From positions 10,168,001 to 10,232,000 of the forward strand of contig NC_092672.1 of assembly GCF_964355755.1 (NCBI RefSeq): a stretch of DNA of 64,000 bases, written 5' to 3'. This DNA comes from Antedon mediterranea (Eukaryota > Animalia > Echinodermata). The position numbers were made by a program, and so were the translations under genes. Positions 11,707-23,682 of this stretch are shown here, piece after piece (the first letter of the stretch is position 1; each line of letters opens with the position of its first letter). The notes beneath the pieces are model-generated. The model did not search any database. It worked only from the letters and a program-made list of their open reading frames with translations, and was not told the DNA's origin.

Positions 11707-13769
11707 TTAAAGACTGTATGTAATGTTAATGATGTTTTTAATACCGTTATATGCACTATTGAACTTGTAATTAAAAAGTAACGTTTATTAGAAACGAAAT
11801 ATATACGAATGTAATGAGATGAACTAACATATGGCCACTAAACCTGTACACCCACTTACTTGTCGTAATAACTAACATTTCCAGTAATAAAAATGCTACT
11901 AGCTAACGGAGGAAGTCATTGTTGAAACATCTGTACAGCTAATTTACTGCACATCTGAATGTGCTGGAAACTAACAAGTTCATGTTACACATTATTCATT
12001 TGTTCCATCAATATGTTTATATAAGGTATGGAAATTGATTTTCATAATTTTAACAAAGACATTCCAACAAAAATTGAAAATAGTAGACGACTGTTCTGTT
12101 CTTGGGCAAGTGTTATAATGTTTACGGTATCATGGGCACATCTATGCACAGTGTTAATTAACCATTAAAAATCATACAGTTTCAACATTTTAAACTACTC
12201 TCAACATTCCTACTGTATACAGATGCATGTGTTTTGAATGAGAAAGAAATTCACGGAAAGAGAAATGATCAATGCAAAAAAGAAATCAAAAGTAGGCCAA
12301 CAAAATAAAAATATATAATATCATAATAGACAAGATGGAGTACTTTATTTAAGTAGAATGGAAAGGACAGTTTACCGATGGTTAAAATTGAATAGAAAGA
12401 ACGAAGGCTATGTCAACATTCGAAAAGAAGTAACCGGAGAAACTAATTTCTACTGATCCAGTGTCCAAGAGGCAGAAAAGCATTCAGGTTCCTGTTTATG
12501 CCTATATAGCATAAAATTAAAATCGTATTCTGATGTGCAATGTTAGATAAAAGTCCAGAATGTGTGAAACAATTGCCTTTATACTTTGAGGTAATAACCA
12601 ATGTTGGCGCCAGGGAATCTGATGGTACAGTATAGCTGTCAACGTGTTTTATTTTGCGCCTTATTTTCCGCATTTGACAGTAACTGTATCCTTGACGCCT
12701 ATTGTATCATCGCCAAATTTTTTGATATTGAAAGAAATTTTCTTTTCAGAATTCCATTTTAAAAATCATTTTTTGTATCGAGCATTCTTAAGTGTTGATA
12801 TAAGGTTTGCGGTACACCACGTAGTTCTGAAAAGAACTGTTGAGTTTCTCAACGTTTCGATCAATATGCTTTGATCGTCCTCAGGAGTGAGAATTTCTAA
12901 CTACTATCTATTCTTATTTATATGCCATTAATGTCGTATGAGAGAAACACTAGTGTTGACACTTTACAGAACGATTATTTGTATATATTTTATCAGGCAA
13001 TTAAAACCATTGTATACACAGGTTGACCCATTACATTGATGAAAACATCTCTATAACAAGTTGACTTATGTGTTTTCCAAGCTTAAAAATTGTCCCAAAA
13101 AAATACGATACGTTTCTTAACTTCTGGTATACCAGTTATTTTATTCCTATATAAGCCAAATTTAATCATAATATTTAAATATCGGAAGAACAAACGCCAA
13201 TTCCAAGCAGCGGATTAATTATGAAGAGAGTCGTTATGGTAATTGGTCACGCAAACTAAAAAGAGTCGGGTATTTAATTTGCTGGTATTTATATTTAGGT
13301 CAATATTTAAGTTCTTCTATATTGGTTAGGAAACACAATGAAGATGGTATTAAGATATCACCATTATTTATGCATACAATATGTGATGAAAGATGAAGAC
13401 CCTATTGTAGAAAGAAAATTGCTTAATTTTCTCCATGTTGTCATTGGCCTAATATCTCAGGCTTAATTGTGTACATTTCATTCTACTTCTTCATGGTGTC
13501 ATGCCTAGTTGCAGATGTTGATGTCCTTTGTCCATGAAATTGTTATCGGTGACCTGAGTATTATTGATATGTCAAACGTTGACGACCATGGCATCTTCTT
13601 CCTTCTTCTTTTCGGCATAGTGGCAGCGTTGTATTTCTCCTTTCCTTATTGTGTCCGAGATATTTCATTTGTCGTCGTCATAAATAGTCGTATAATAATT
13701 TGCCTGAATGACACACTGAAATAATATTATTCCAAATATAACAAACAATGCTCATCATTCATAGCTTAA

Positions 13770-14155
13770 GGCCCATTCACACTAGGACGATAACGATCGA
13801 CGATAAATATATAAGCATGCATTTTTTAAACATAAAACAAAAGAAATTAGAAAGGGTTTCGTTCTAGGACTATAGGATAATCATTTATGCTGTCTTTGAT
13901 AAAAATAATATTTTTTAAATTCCAATCAAATGACGTCATGATACATAAAAACAATAACATCGTTGTATTGTCACGATATTATTGCTCTTACTAATCATGA
14001 CGTCATTTGATTGGAAAATATAATTTTCATCAAAGGAAGCATAGATGGTTATTCTATAGTTCTAGAATGAAAAGGTTTTATATTTCTTTTATTTTATGTA
14101 TGAAAAATGCAAATTATTGTCTATTATCGTCGATCGTTATCGTCCTAGGTGTTCA
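13770..14155. mobile_element. Palindromic MITE with PIF/Harbinger-like left terminus
   Basis: CTAGGACGATAACGATCGACGATAA at ~13782 is mirrored at ~14124-14148, and internal arms are also mirrored (TCCAATCAAATGACGTCATGAT at 13921 versus ~13994). The left end GGCCCATTCACACT follows TAA. Confidence 0.8.
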
Positions 14156-14859
14156 CCTCTTTTTTTACAAAGACTGTACCATACTGTTATACACTTGTTA
14201 CAAACGAAACATACGTAATGGTGAAGCACCGTTTACATTATTATTCTTTAGGGGGTTTTCACACACATTATGTTTAATATTAATGCCTATTTAAAGAGTT
14301 AAAAAAATATAAAAAATGTATGCATTGTCTCACTAATGTGTAGCCAAATGAAACAACTATGCCAATTTGAAACTGATAATCATGATGTATTGGAAAGATG
14401 ATTATGGTTTTTGATGAAGATGACTGTTTGGTTTAATTATGCCTATAATGATAACGATTACAATGATAATAGATATAATGGAACAAAGATTTCAAACAAA
14501 ATAATGGAAGGACTTGTGTAAGCAATGGAATAACTGGGAGTTTTCGACGAAACACGTAAACCTAAACGTCAACGTTATTTTCTAACACGCGCGTTTAAAC
14601 TCGGTCCAAATTTATCTGCGCAGGTGTGGTTAGTATTACAAAACTCTTACTTGGTCTAGAATTTTATTTTTTCTAGCGTTTGACCAAAATGTTAACTGAA
14701 AATGTGTTCAGAATTCTAGGCCTACATGATGAATTGTCATTTTAAACGAATTGTTCTACTCGGTTGATGCAAGTAGGTCTGCATTGTAATTCTATGGAGC
14801 ACGTAAATCGACCATGAATGCTTCTTATTATATTCAGACAATAAGGGGCACTTCTTCTT

Positions 14860-15110
14860 TGTGGTATTCTCGGTCAATAGGGGGCGCTCTATATTTGCTG
14901 TTTACAGATCATAGTATATGGCTCTGGCTGTTTCATGCTTCTTGGTATTTCCTCCATGTGTGTACTAAGTCAATAAAGGGCTCTGCTACTTGGTATTCTC
15001 AGTCAATAGGGGCGCTCAATATTTTCTCTTTATTCACGTACCTGTCATGATGATTATTAGTATTATAGTCTGCCAATAAGGGATATTCTCGGTCAATAGG
15101 GGCGCTCTCC
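14860..15110. repeat. Local dispersed repeat TATTCTCGGTCAATAGGGGCGCTC
   Basis: Copies at ~14865, ~14994 and ~15084, with degenerate partial copies between them. Confidence 0.7.
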
Positions 15111-17458
15111 ATTCGCTGTATCATGAAAATATGCACGTTGTATATGTATTTTTTTTTCTATTTTCAGTATCCTTTTTTTTTATTTTCAATTTCGTATTTA
15201 AAAAAAAAATAGAAATACAATCAATCGTTATAAATTAATTGCGAATTCTATACAAAATTATTATTTTTGTATAGTGTAGGCCTACTGGTTTGTTGTCAAT
15301 AACAGGTTTTATCTAGGCCTATTAGCGGTTTAAAACAGATATAAGTGGCCTAATGATGTTAAAGTGATATTTTGAAGGTTTAAGATTGGTATTAATTGGT
15401 AGCATGTAATGATAATGTTGTTCGATTTATATAGCGCTTATACAATCAAAAGATTGTCCCAAAAGCGCTGAGAGAAAAACAGAAAGAAATTACAAAGAAA
15501 AAAATGGGTTTTGAGGAGTGTTTTGAAAACAATGATAGAGGATGCATTTTTAATAGGATACCGCTTTTTCTACAAATATACAATGTTCGGTTTGATTGAA
15601 GTATACAGGTGGCAAAATATTTGAGTAAACTATAATTCAAATAATAATATTACGGACAATTCTAGCCACTTTAACAGTATATATACTTATACAATGCCCA
15701 TAGCGTGTGTAAGGCAAATCCTAAAAGATGTTTGTTGATAATATTATTTTCTTAGTTGAATTACTAATATCATTTAGAATGAAGCGTTTACGATTATTAG
15801 TCGCTTAAATTGGTTTATAAAGCTGGCTAAATCAATATTAATAATTCAATTTCACTTCTCGTAAACAGTTCTCGATAATTACTCTTATCCCTTAATATTT
15901 TTCTATTAATTATAAATGATAATATTAATTCCAATTACGTAGGTTAATCGTATTTTCACAGATTACAGAGGTAACATATCGACCGGAGGAGTTGCTCTGT
16001 TCTGCGCTTTGGTTGTGATGTGGTTAGCTGTCGTTGTTTTCTTCTTCCTGACCTGGCACCAGAAAATGAATTCAGTCTCTTCTTTTGCCATACATACAGG
16101 CGACCGTGGTGCGCTCAAAACACTCTCATATTCCAGATATTCCCGCTGAGTAGTCATGGTACATACTAGTGCTTTTTCAGTCGCACAAATTTCACCCTTT
16201 TTTAAAATCAATTACAAATTTAATAACACATCATTCTGCTACCTATTTCTGACTATTTCTGTATACATTATAATGCTATATACTTCCTTTGTTCCATATC
16301 CTACACCGTTCGTATAATTATTCATGCCTGTTTTATTTGTGTTTTGCTTATTATCTAACATTTCTGGTGCCAGTGACGTGTTTGTTTTTTTTTCACGAAT
16401 GTTTTCAATTTCATTAACAATCAAACTATATTTATATCGTTGTTGTGTAGTCCACCGGATTCTATATTTTAACTTAAACTGCCTTCTCTCTTCTAATAGT
16501 TTACCGTACCTACTAATATATTATACTGTAAAAATGTCGTTGAAATATCGCAACTGCACGTTTATTTGTTCTAACCGTTGGTGGCGTATTATGTCACTAT
16601 TTTTTGCTCAATATTTGCGCAATTGTTTCCACATTTATTAGTATTAATGAGTTACTACTAATTTTATATAAGTATAAAATTAATGTATAAAATGTGTATT
16701 TTTTTACTGTCACGTGTCAGGCCAACCTAATCTTAAACTTTGATTTGATCGATTTTAATTTGCAATTTTATTGTTTAGGTCTACAATCCATTGATAAGCC
16801 TCACTTGGACTTAAATATAAATTGAAAACATTTTTTTAGAAAATTATGTGATGTTAATGAAACCTAACGCTTTATCGCGAACTTCACATTTACTTATGGA
16901 CTATGACGAATTCATATTCGATGATTGGACCGTGACCGGTGAAAATGATCAAACTAATATAAATTGTGGAATCATGTGATTTTTTTAAAACTGCCATTGT
17001 GCCTGCGCAATAAGAAAGTTTGTTATTGTTTTCTATTGATACCGATTGGTCATGTATTTTTTAGCAACTGTTTCCACGACAACCGAATGCATTTAGCACA
17101 ATATAACAAAATTACCCATGATGCACATTTATATTGTTAATTCTTAATGTTTGGCAATAATTTTTTTCATCAATTTTATGTACGCACCAAATTGCTTTTT
17201 TTGTACTAATAATGCAAACAATAACAATATTCATAAAATCGATTAGATTTTTATGCATCATATTTTTATTACTCCAACAGTACAACTAGGCCCACAATTT
17301 CAAGTACAATATTTTTCTAGAATCATTGTACAGTTGATTTTTGTATTTTCATCGTGTGTTAAGTACTATGATATTTCAAATACATGACAACGGATTGTCA
17401 ATTAGAATAATTATAAATACAATGTCTTAATATGTTCCAGTTATAGTATGCAATTAAC

Positions 17459-17806
17459 AGATGTGTATTGTCCCCCAAAAACATGAACAACGAAAGATTA
17501 ATTAAAATCAGATTTTGAATATATTATTGGTAGTTATATATTTTATAGTTATTAAGTTAATCACTTTTGTAAAAAAAACACTTCACTTAATGACAAAATA
17601 GGCCTAAGTGGTTAAATGCAACCAAAAACCCATTGACTGGCAGCCAATCTGACTATATTTTGCTTTAAATTCAGATAAATAATTTAATAATTAATTTTTT
17701 TTTTTCAATCCAATTTTCGGTTAAAATGGATAACTTTTATGTGAAATGAAAATGGCATATTCAACAAAAACATATTTTAAGGATAACTTTTTAATTAATA
17801 CATCTT
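17459..17806. mobile_element. Diverged inverted copy of the 11386-11706 TTAA element
   Basis: Begins AGATGTGTATTGTCCCCCAAAAACAT, ends AATACATCTTTAA, and shares the internal GGCAGCCAAT and AACCAAAAACCC blocks. Confidence 0.75.
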
Positions 17807-19180
17807 TAACAGTAATTTAAGATCTTTGAGGTGAATAGTTTCAAACAGAACATATATACATAATTTACTTCATTGGCGCACATACATTTTTTTTAGCGTC
17901 AATGGCAGATGTGGGTCATATAGGCAAACGTTTCAAATATCTTCAACATAACATAACAAGACATATTTTCAACTAAAACGACCACCTTTCAACACCCCAT
18001 TTGTTAAATTGTGTTATCCTTTTATTGAAATCACTGTAAGTATATTACAAACACATTACAGTACTATTCTGTAAGAGACCATTGTACGTACACACAACTC
18101 CAATGTAGGCTAATATTTCATCCCTATAATAACATCGCATGTACACTCTTTGGCGTACGAACGATTGACTGCAACAATACAAACACTGTTATACTTTAAA
18201 ACACATAGCATGCCTTTCTAGTTGTGTACAATTATTAGTTGTATATTGTTATATATATATTTTTTAAACTTTGAAATGACATACATTTTTCTCTAAAATA
18301 ATTTCTAAAACATTAAGATTATTAATATTATTTTAATATTAATAATAGAGAACTATTTGCTATCTATATTACCATATATTATTTCATATTTCTATCATCG
18401 TTGTTTTAAATAAATATTTCACTAATTACACCATACTTATTATTATTTATAAGGTATATCAACACTGTTAACTTAACTTAATATTTATTTCGATGAAAGC
18501 TTTCAGTGGAAATCAGTGAAAATATGAATTATAATTACTTATTCCAAATGAAAATATGGTATTAAAGGAATTTTACCTCTGATAAATTAATTTAGTTTCT
18601 AGAGAAAAGGAAAAATGGTCTATCGAAATTGTTTTTGTTCTTCAGTATGCCACGCACTATGGAATTGTCAATACGATAAACAGATTGTAGTGAACTATAG
18701 ACACACTTATAGAGACACTAATGAGAATTGAACAATCATAATAGATGATTTAATGCCGTACTGTTTCCAATATCAAATATGTTCAAAACAACTCGTTTAA
18801 TAATAATGATGGCTGCTATATCTATATTCTAACATTATATAACTATCCATATAGGATAATGTTATTGAACTTTTTGTTTAGAGATTTATAGATATAGTCC
18901 AATATAAATGTATTGGTCAGACATTGGTCTATTTCTGGAGTATTTGTTAAGAATTATAAGCTTTGGCAGTCTGTTATGACGCTATTTGTTTAAACGCTAT
19001 GTTGATAAGATTAGTTTTGAAAAATAATGGTAGTCTATACACTACAACAATGTTGGTAGTAAATGCCTTAACACAAAGTTCTACATATTTTAATTCCAAC
19101 AAAAATACAAAAGAAACACAGTAAGATAAGTTAAGGAATTTATATGCGCAATATAATCTACATGTTAAGTTTAAATCTTA

Positions 19181-19332
19181 AATTTAAACAGACGAGCGGT
19201 AACGGTAATACAAAATTGTAATTAATATTATTTCTTATGACCATTTACACATAGGATAGATACTGTATTCTATGTGGGACAACCTACGCGTTTTTCCGCT
19301 TACCGTTACCGCTCCTTTGTGTAAATTGGTCT
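19181..19332. mobile_element. Small MITE, same family as 49081-49175
   Basis: AATTTAAACAGACGAGCGGTAACGGTAA pairs imperfectly with TTACCGTTACCGCTCCTTTGTGTAAATTGG. Confidence 0.65.
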
Positions 19333-20197
19333 TTATTTGCTTATGACGGGTGTGATAATTCACCCGGCAATTTCCTGTTCATTGGGTATCACTCATACAT
19401 TTACGTTATACATACAAAACTAGTGGCAGGGATAATATGTATTAAAAGTACTTAATACACCTAGACTCGTATCTATATGACTGTCAATAGTCAGTTAAGA
19501 ATTTCCTAGAGACATCTGTCAAATCGTGTGGATAATTTGTCTTAAGATTTTTTTAGAACAAAAATACAGCGTGCACTAGTTCAAAGGAATACGTATAATA
19601 TTCATTTTCAACAAACACCTACGTCAATCATCTTTTTTCGATTTTCAAAACATTTTTTTTTTATTGTTTTGTGTATTCTGAGAACAATGAAGTCTAGTAT
19701 TCGTTATTGCATTCGTAATCGTAGAACACAGTACTTAATGTTGTCAACGTCATGTTGAGTAATGATACGTACTGTGGCTTATAATGATATGTGAGTGAAT
19801 TGCAACAATCATTCAAACTGCTATTGTGTGTTTTTTTTTTTTCGGAACGCTCTCGTCGGGTAATCTTAAAACAAAATCAAAATGGTCGGTTGCTTTGTAG
19901 CTTTGTTTTAAAATACTATTTAATTCTAAACGTTACATTAACCTACTTATACTCGTACGTTAGACGTTTTTATAACTTGAATAACAATAATAGCAAAATA
20001 GTAAGCAACAAAAACAGAATAATAGCATTGTTTTTAATCTTTATTTAATATTTAAGTATATTTGTGATTTTTGTTTTTACCAATATTATCGAGAATATAT
20101 TGATTTTGTATTTTTTGCTTAGAGACAATTATATTTCGTAATTTAACAAATAAAATAATTTAGTAATAATAAGTATATCTTTGTTTTTATATTGTAG

Positions 20198-20661
20198 GTG
20201 TAAAATCGACTATTACTGCAGAAGAAGTCATTATTTTGATCACCGTTTTTTTACTATGGATTCTTGTGATTGGTCTCTTTTTCCGACAATGGGGTGTCAT
20301 CCGGGATCTTCAACCTCGCTCATCCGGTAGCAAATATCGGCGCACAACCACCGATATCAGTAGAGATGGCAGCAGACGCAGCGCAAAAAGTCCACGAGAC
20401 AGTATACGTGACCGGGACAGTATACGTGACCGTGACAGTATCATTCGGCACGACAGCGTAAGAGATAGGGAACCATTTTTAGACAGACTTAGCATAAGAG
20501 AAAAGTTGAATATGATCGCCTTGGCACGGAGTGAACCAGACCAGAGTAAAGACGTGGATCATAATAAACCGGTACACGATGATTTCTGTGTAGATATACA
20601 TTATGAAGATAACGAACATTTAAAATTTGAGGAGGCTGTGGAAGCCGATAGTAAGGTTTGA
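20198..20661 (+). CDS. FNDC5: FNDC5/FNDC4-like protein, terminal exon (TM helix and cytoplasmic tail)
   Basis: Acceptor ttgtAG before 20198 is phase 1 and joins the FN3 exon in frame. AEEVIILITVFLLWILVIGLFFRQWGVIRDLQP matches human FNDC5 TGEVLIIVVVLFMWAGVIALFCRQYDIIKDNEP (recalled sequence). Ends ADSKV-stop. Confidence 0.85.
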
Positions 20662-23390
20662 TCAGTTTATTTAGCGCTTGAAAGTTTGAAATCATTGTGT
20701 TTTTTCACAATACACATCTTGAGGTATATCGAATCAAGCCAATGGCAGTTAAGAATTTACAACCATCTTGATACAGAAAGTTGATGCCGATTGCGTATTC
20801 GGATTTGAATACTCGCTGCAAAGTGTTTGGTTTGGAAAACTAAGTTGAAAATGTATAAGAATTTATGAAAGAAATAAAGGTTTTACAGCTGAAATAGAGA
20901 GAGCGGCGTGACATTTTGTGATGAGTGAGGTACGGTAGCGTACAAGCTCTACAAAGTTATATTGATGGCTAATTTCCGTGAGATTTCAATTCGATCAAGG
21001 CAAATAATACATTTGCACAATAATATAATAAATGACCATCTTTATTATATACACATCGTCTCTTTCAATGGCAATGTAAATTGTGAATGTAGTTTTCTCT
21101 GTCGGAAGGTCATTAATGATAATAATGATATGTAGCGCACGGTGAAATTATTTCTAGAAATGGCTTCCATTTTAATAACGCTAGCTATAATAAGGTGATG
21201 ATTAAACTATTTTTGTAACAATATTTTTGTGTGTATATATATATTTAAATAACTAGCAATGTACTTTATTTTGAATACTGTACACAAATTATTTTAAATA
21301 TTGTATTTCGTGGTTAATTTTAATATTGTTGTTAGATTTTAAAATTGTACAGCCATTTTAAATTTCCTTGGAGAAGAGAAAACCTTAACATTTAAAAAAT
21401 TATCTTTTGTAAGTGAATATCACTTAAGAGAAATGTTTATTGACTTAGTGAATATCTCACTTGTTATTAGAGTGGTTAATTATCAGCTTATCTGGTAATA
21501 TGAACATCTTAGGAGGTAGGTAAAAACGTTAAAATTTACAAATTCTTATCTACCGTACTGTATCCTTAATATTTCCTTAAATGTGTATTGACTTAAGTAA
21601 AATGTGTCACTTGTCCATAGTGGAGTAGGCCTTCATTGGAAGATAATTATAATCACTTTACTAAGGGTTTGTTTGTTTGATCGTTAGTAAGGCTGCTAGA
21701 GAAGCGAGACACACGGTATACCTGTTTTGTTTATCCTTGTTGGTTCTTTCGTTCATTGTTGTAAAATTCAAATATAAAGTAAATAGAGTAGGAGGCAAAG
21801 TAGAATGTTTATCCAGGGAAGAGTAAATGTTTGGTTTATCTATCATGGAAGCGTGTAACTGTCATTTAAGTCGAAGATTATATATGAATAAGCCTATACA
21901 AAGGTGAATTACGTATTCAATTGGAGAAACAAAATCATCATGCAACATGTAAATAGATTACCTAAACACTATTTATAAAACATTGTCTTTTGTAGTCGAA
22001 GGTAGTATGTTATTTGTCAATAAGGACCACAAATGTAAGAAAGTGTACTGCATGAGATGACGAGTTGGAGGCCTATTACAATTTCATCTATACAAATAGT
22101 TTTTCGAAAAAGTAGACCTACCATGTGTTTATAATGTGTGCTTTCCTCAATGTGAAGGAATGTGAAGGAATGTAACTGTATGTCACAATATCTGCTGTTT
22201 GTTTAACCAATTACTGAACACCGATTTACAAAATATTATATTGATATGCCTCCCTTACTTTAGACATTGGTCGGCTAAAAGAAAAATGTTATAAACACAA
22301 TATGGCATGGATTTACTTTGTCATTTATTTCTGATCTAGATAAAAGTGTGGTTATAACTACCATATGTAAGGTGTAAATTTCCATTGTTTATGATCACAA
22401 TGAGAAATTAAGAAATACTGCACCAGTGTTATACGAATATACACATGGTTTTCGTGTTTATGCTTGGGAAAAATATCACAAACTTTGATGTATTCAAAGA
22501 ATAAGTTTTATATACAGTAATATTTGGTGGGAGGTATTGTAAAAATAACTTGGTGACTTATATAGAAAGATAATTACTGATTGGTATTTTAGGAACAGAG
22601 CAAACATTTTCTCTTTTTTGTTGTTATTTAGATTTGTTAAAACCGGCATTTTAGTACTTGAAAAGAGCAACGCCGAATTTAGGGTACAGGTATATGGTCA
22701 GAGTGTTGTCTGTCAGGCTGAATACTTTTCTAGTAGTAAACTGGCTGTGTAGGCAATATAACAAACGACTATAAAAACTAAAACTTGTTGAAACCCAGTC
22801 TATCGTGACCAGATAGTATGAAATGCTATTTTACATTTTTCAATCCAGTTACGCTTTATGGCAAATTATGAAATGAATTTCTATGCTAATTGTCCACACA
22901 TGCTTTGAGTTTACACATTTACAGTAGAATTGAAATACTAGTCGCTATTCAAGACTGATATAACTATTTTAATTGAGGCCTCAATTGCACCGTATTTCAT
23001 TAAAAAAACAGCGTAATGTAATAGTGTCAATTTGGATTAACTTTAAACCAATTTTATAATGCATGTGATACCTATACATTTTTTTCGTGATGCAGATAAT
23101 AATGTATTATGTTTTTCATCGTACCTATTTGAATATTCATGATGGTAACGTTTTCCTTTGAGCTTTCAATTCATCAGAATGGGTTAGAGACCTACATATG
23201 GTACAAAAACAATTACCACTTTTTTAAAGACATTTTATATTTGTGTTAAATTAGAATAACAATCATTATCATTATGATCATTATTTCACTGCTAATTTGG
23301 AATTGAAAACGTTGTGTATATGACGGGTTTCCCGCTGTTGAATGAGATTATGAAATAAATAAAAACACGTATTGAATGAATATGTTTGAT

Positions 23391-23682
23391 TAAGGCCGTG
23401 TTTCGGCAGACAAAAATAAATTATCGGTTAATTTTTAACCAATTAGGTAATTAATTTTAAAAAAGTGCGCATAATCAGTAATTACCAAACTACCAGGTGC
23501 ACAAATACAACGCAACAATTTTTGCTTCATGTCAAAGGTCAACAATTATCGCATTTATTCGATTATTATCCGATTTTAATGCGATAATTATCGGTAAACT
23601 TTTCTCGAGTGGAATCGGTTAAACCCCTTTTCCACAGGAGGTTTATCGGTTAATTATCGGTTAATTTTGGCTGACGGCCTAA
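23391..23682. mobile_element. Degenerate MITE-like element with internal TTATCGGTTAA repeats
   Basis: Ends read TAAGGCCGT...CAGACAAAA and TTTTGGCTGACGGCCTAA; the ATCGGTTAA-like motif recurs about five times. Confidence 0.5.
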
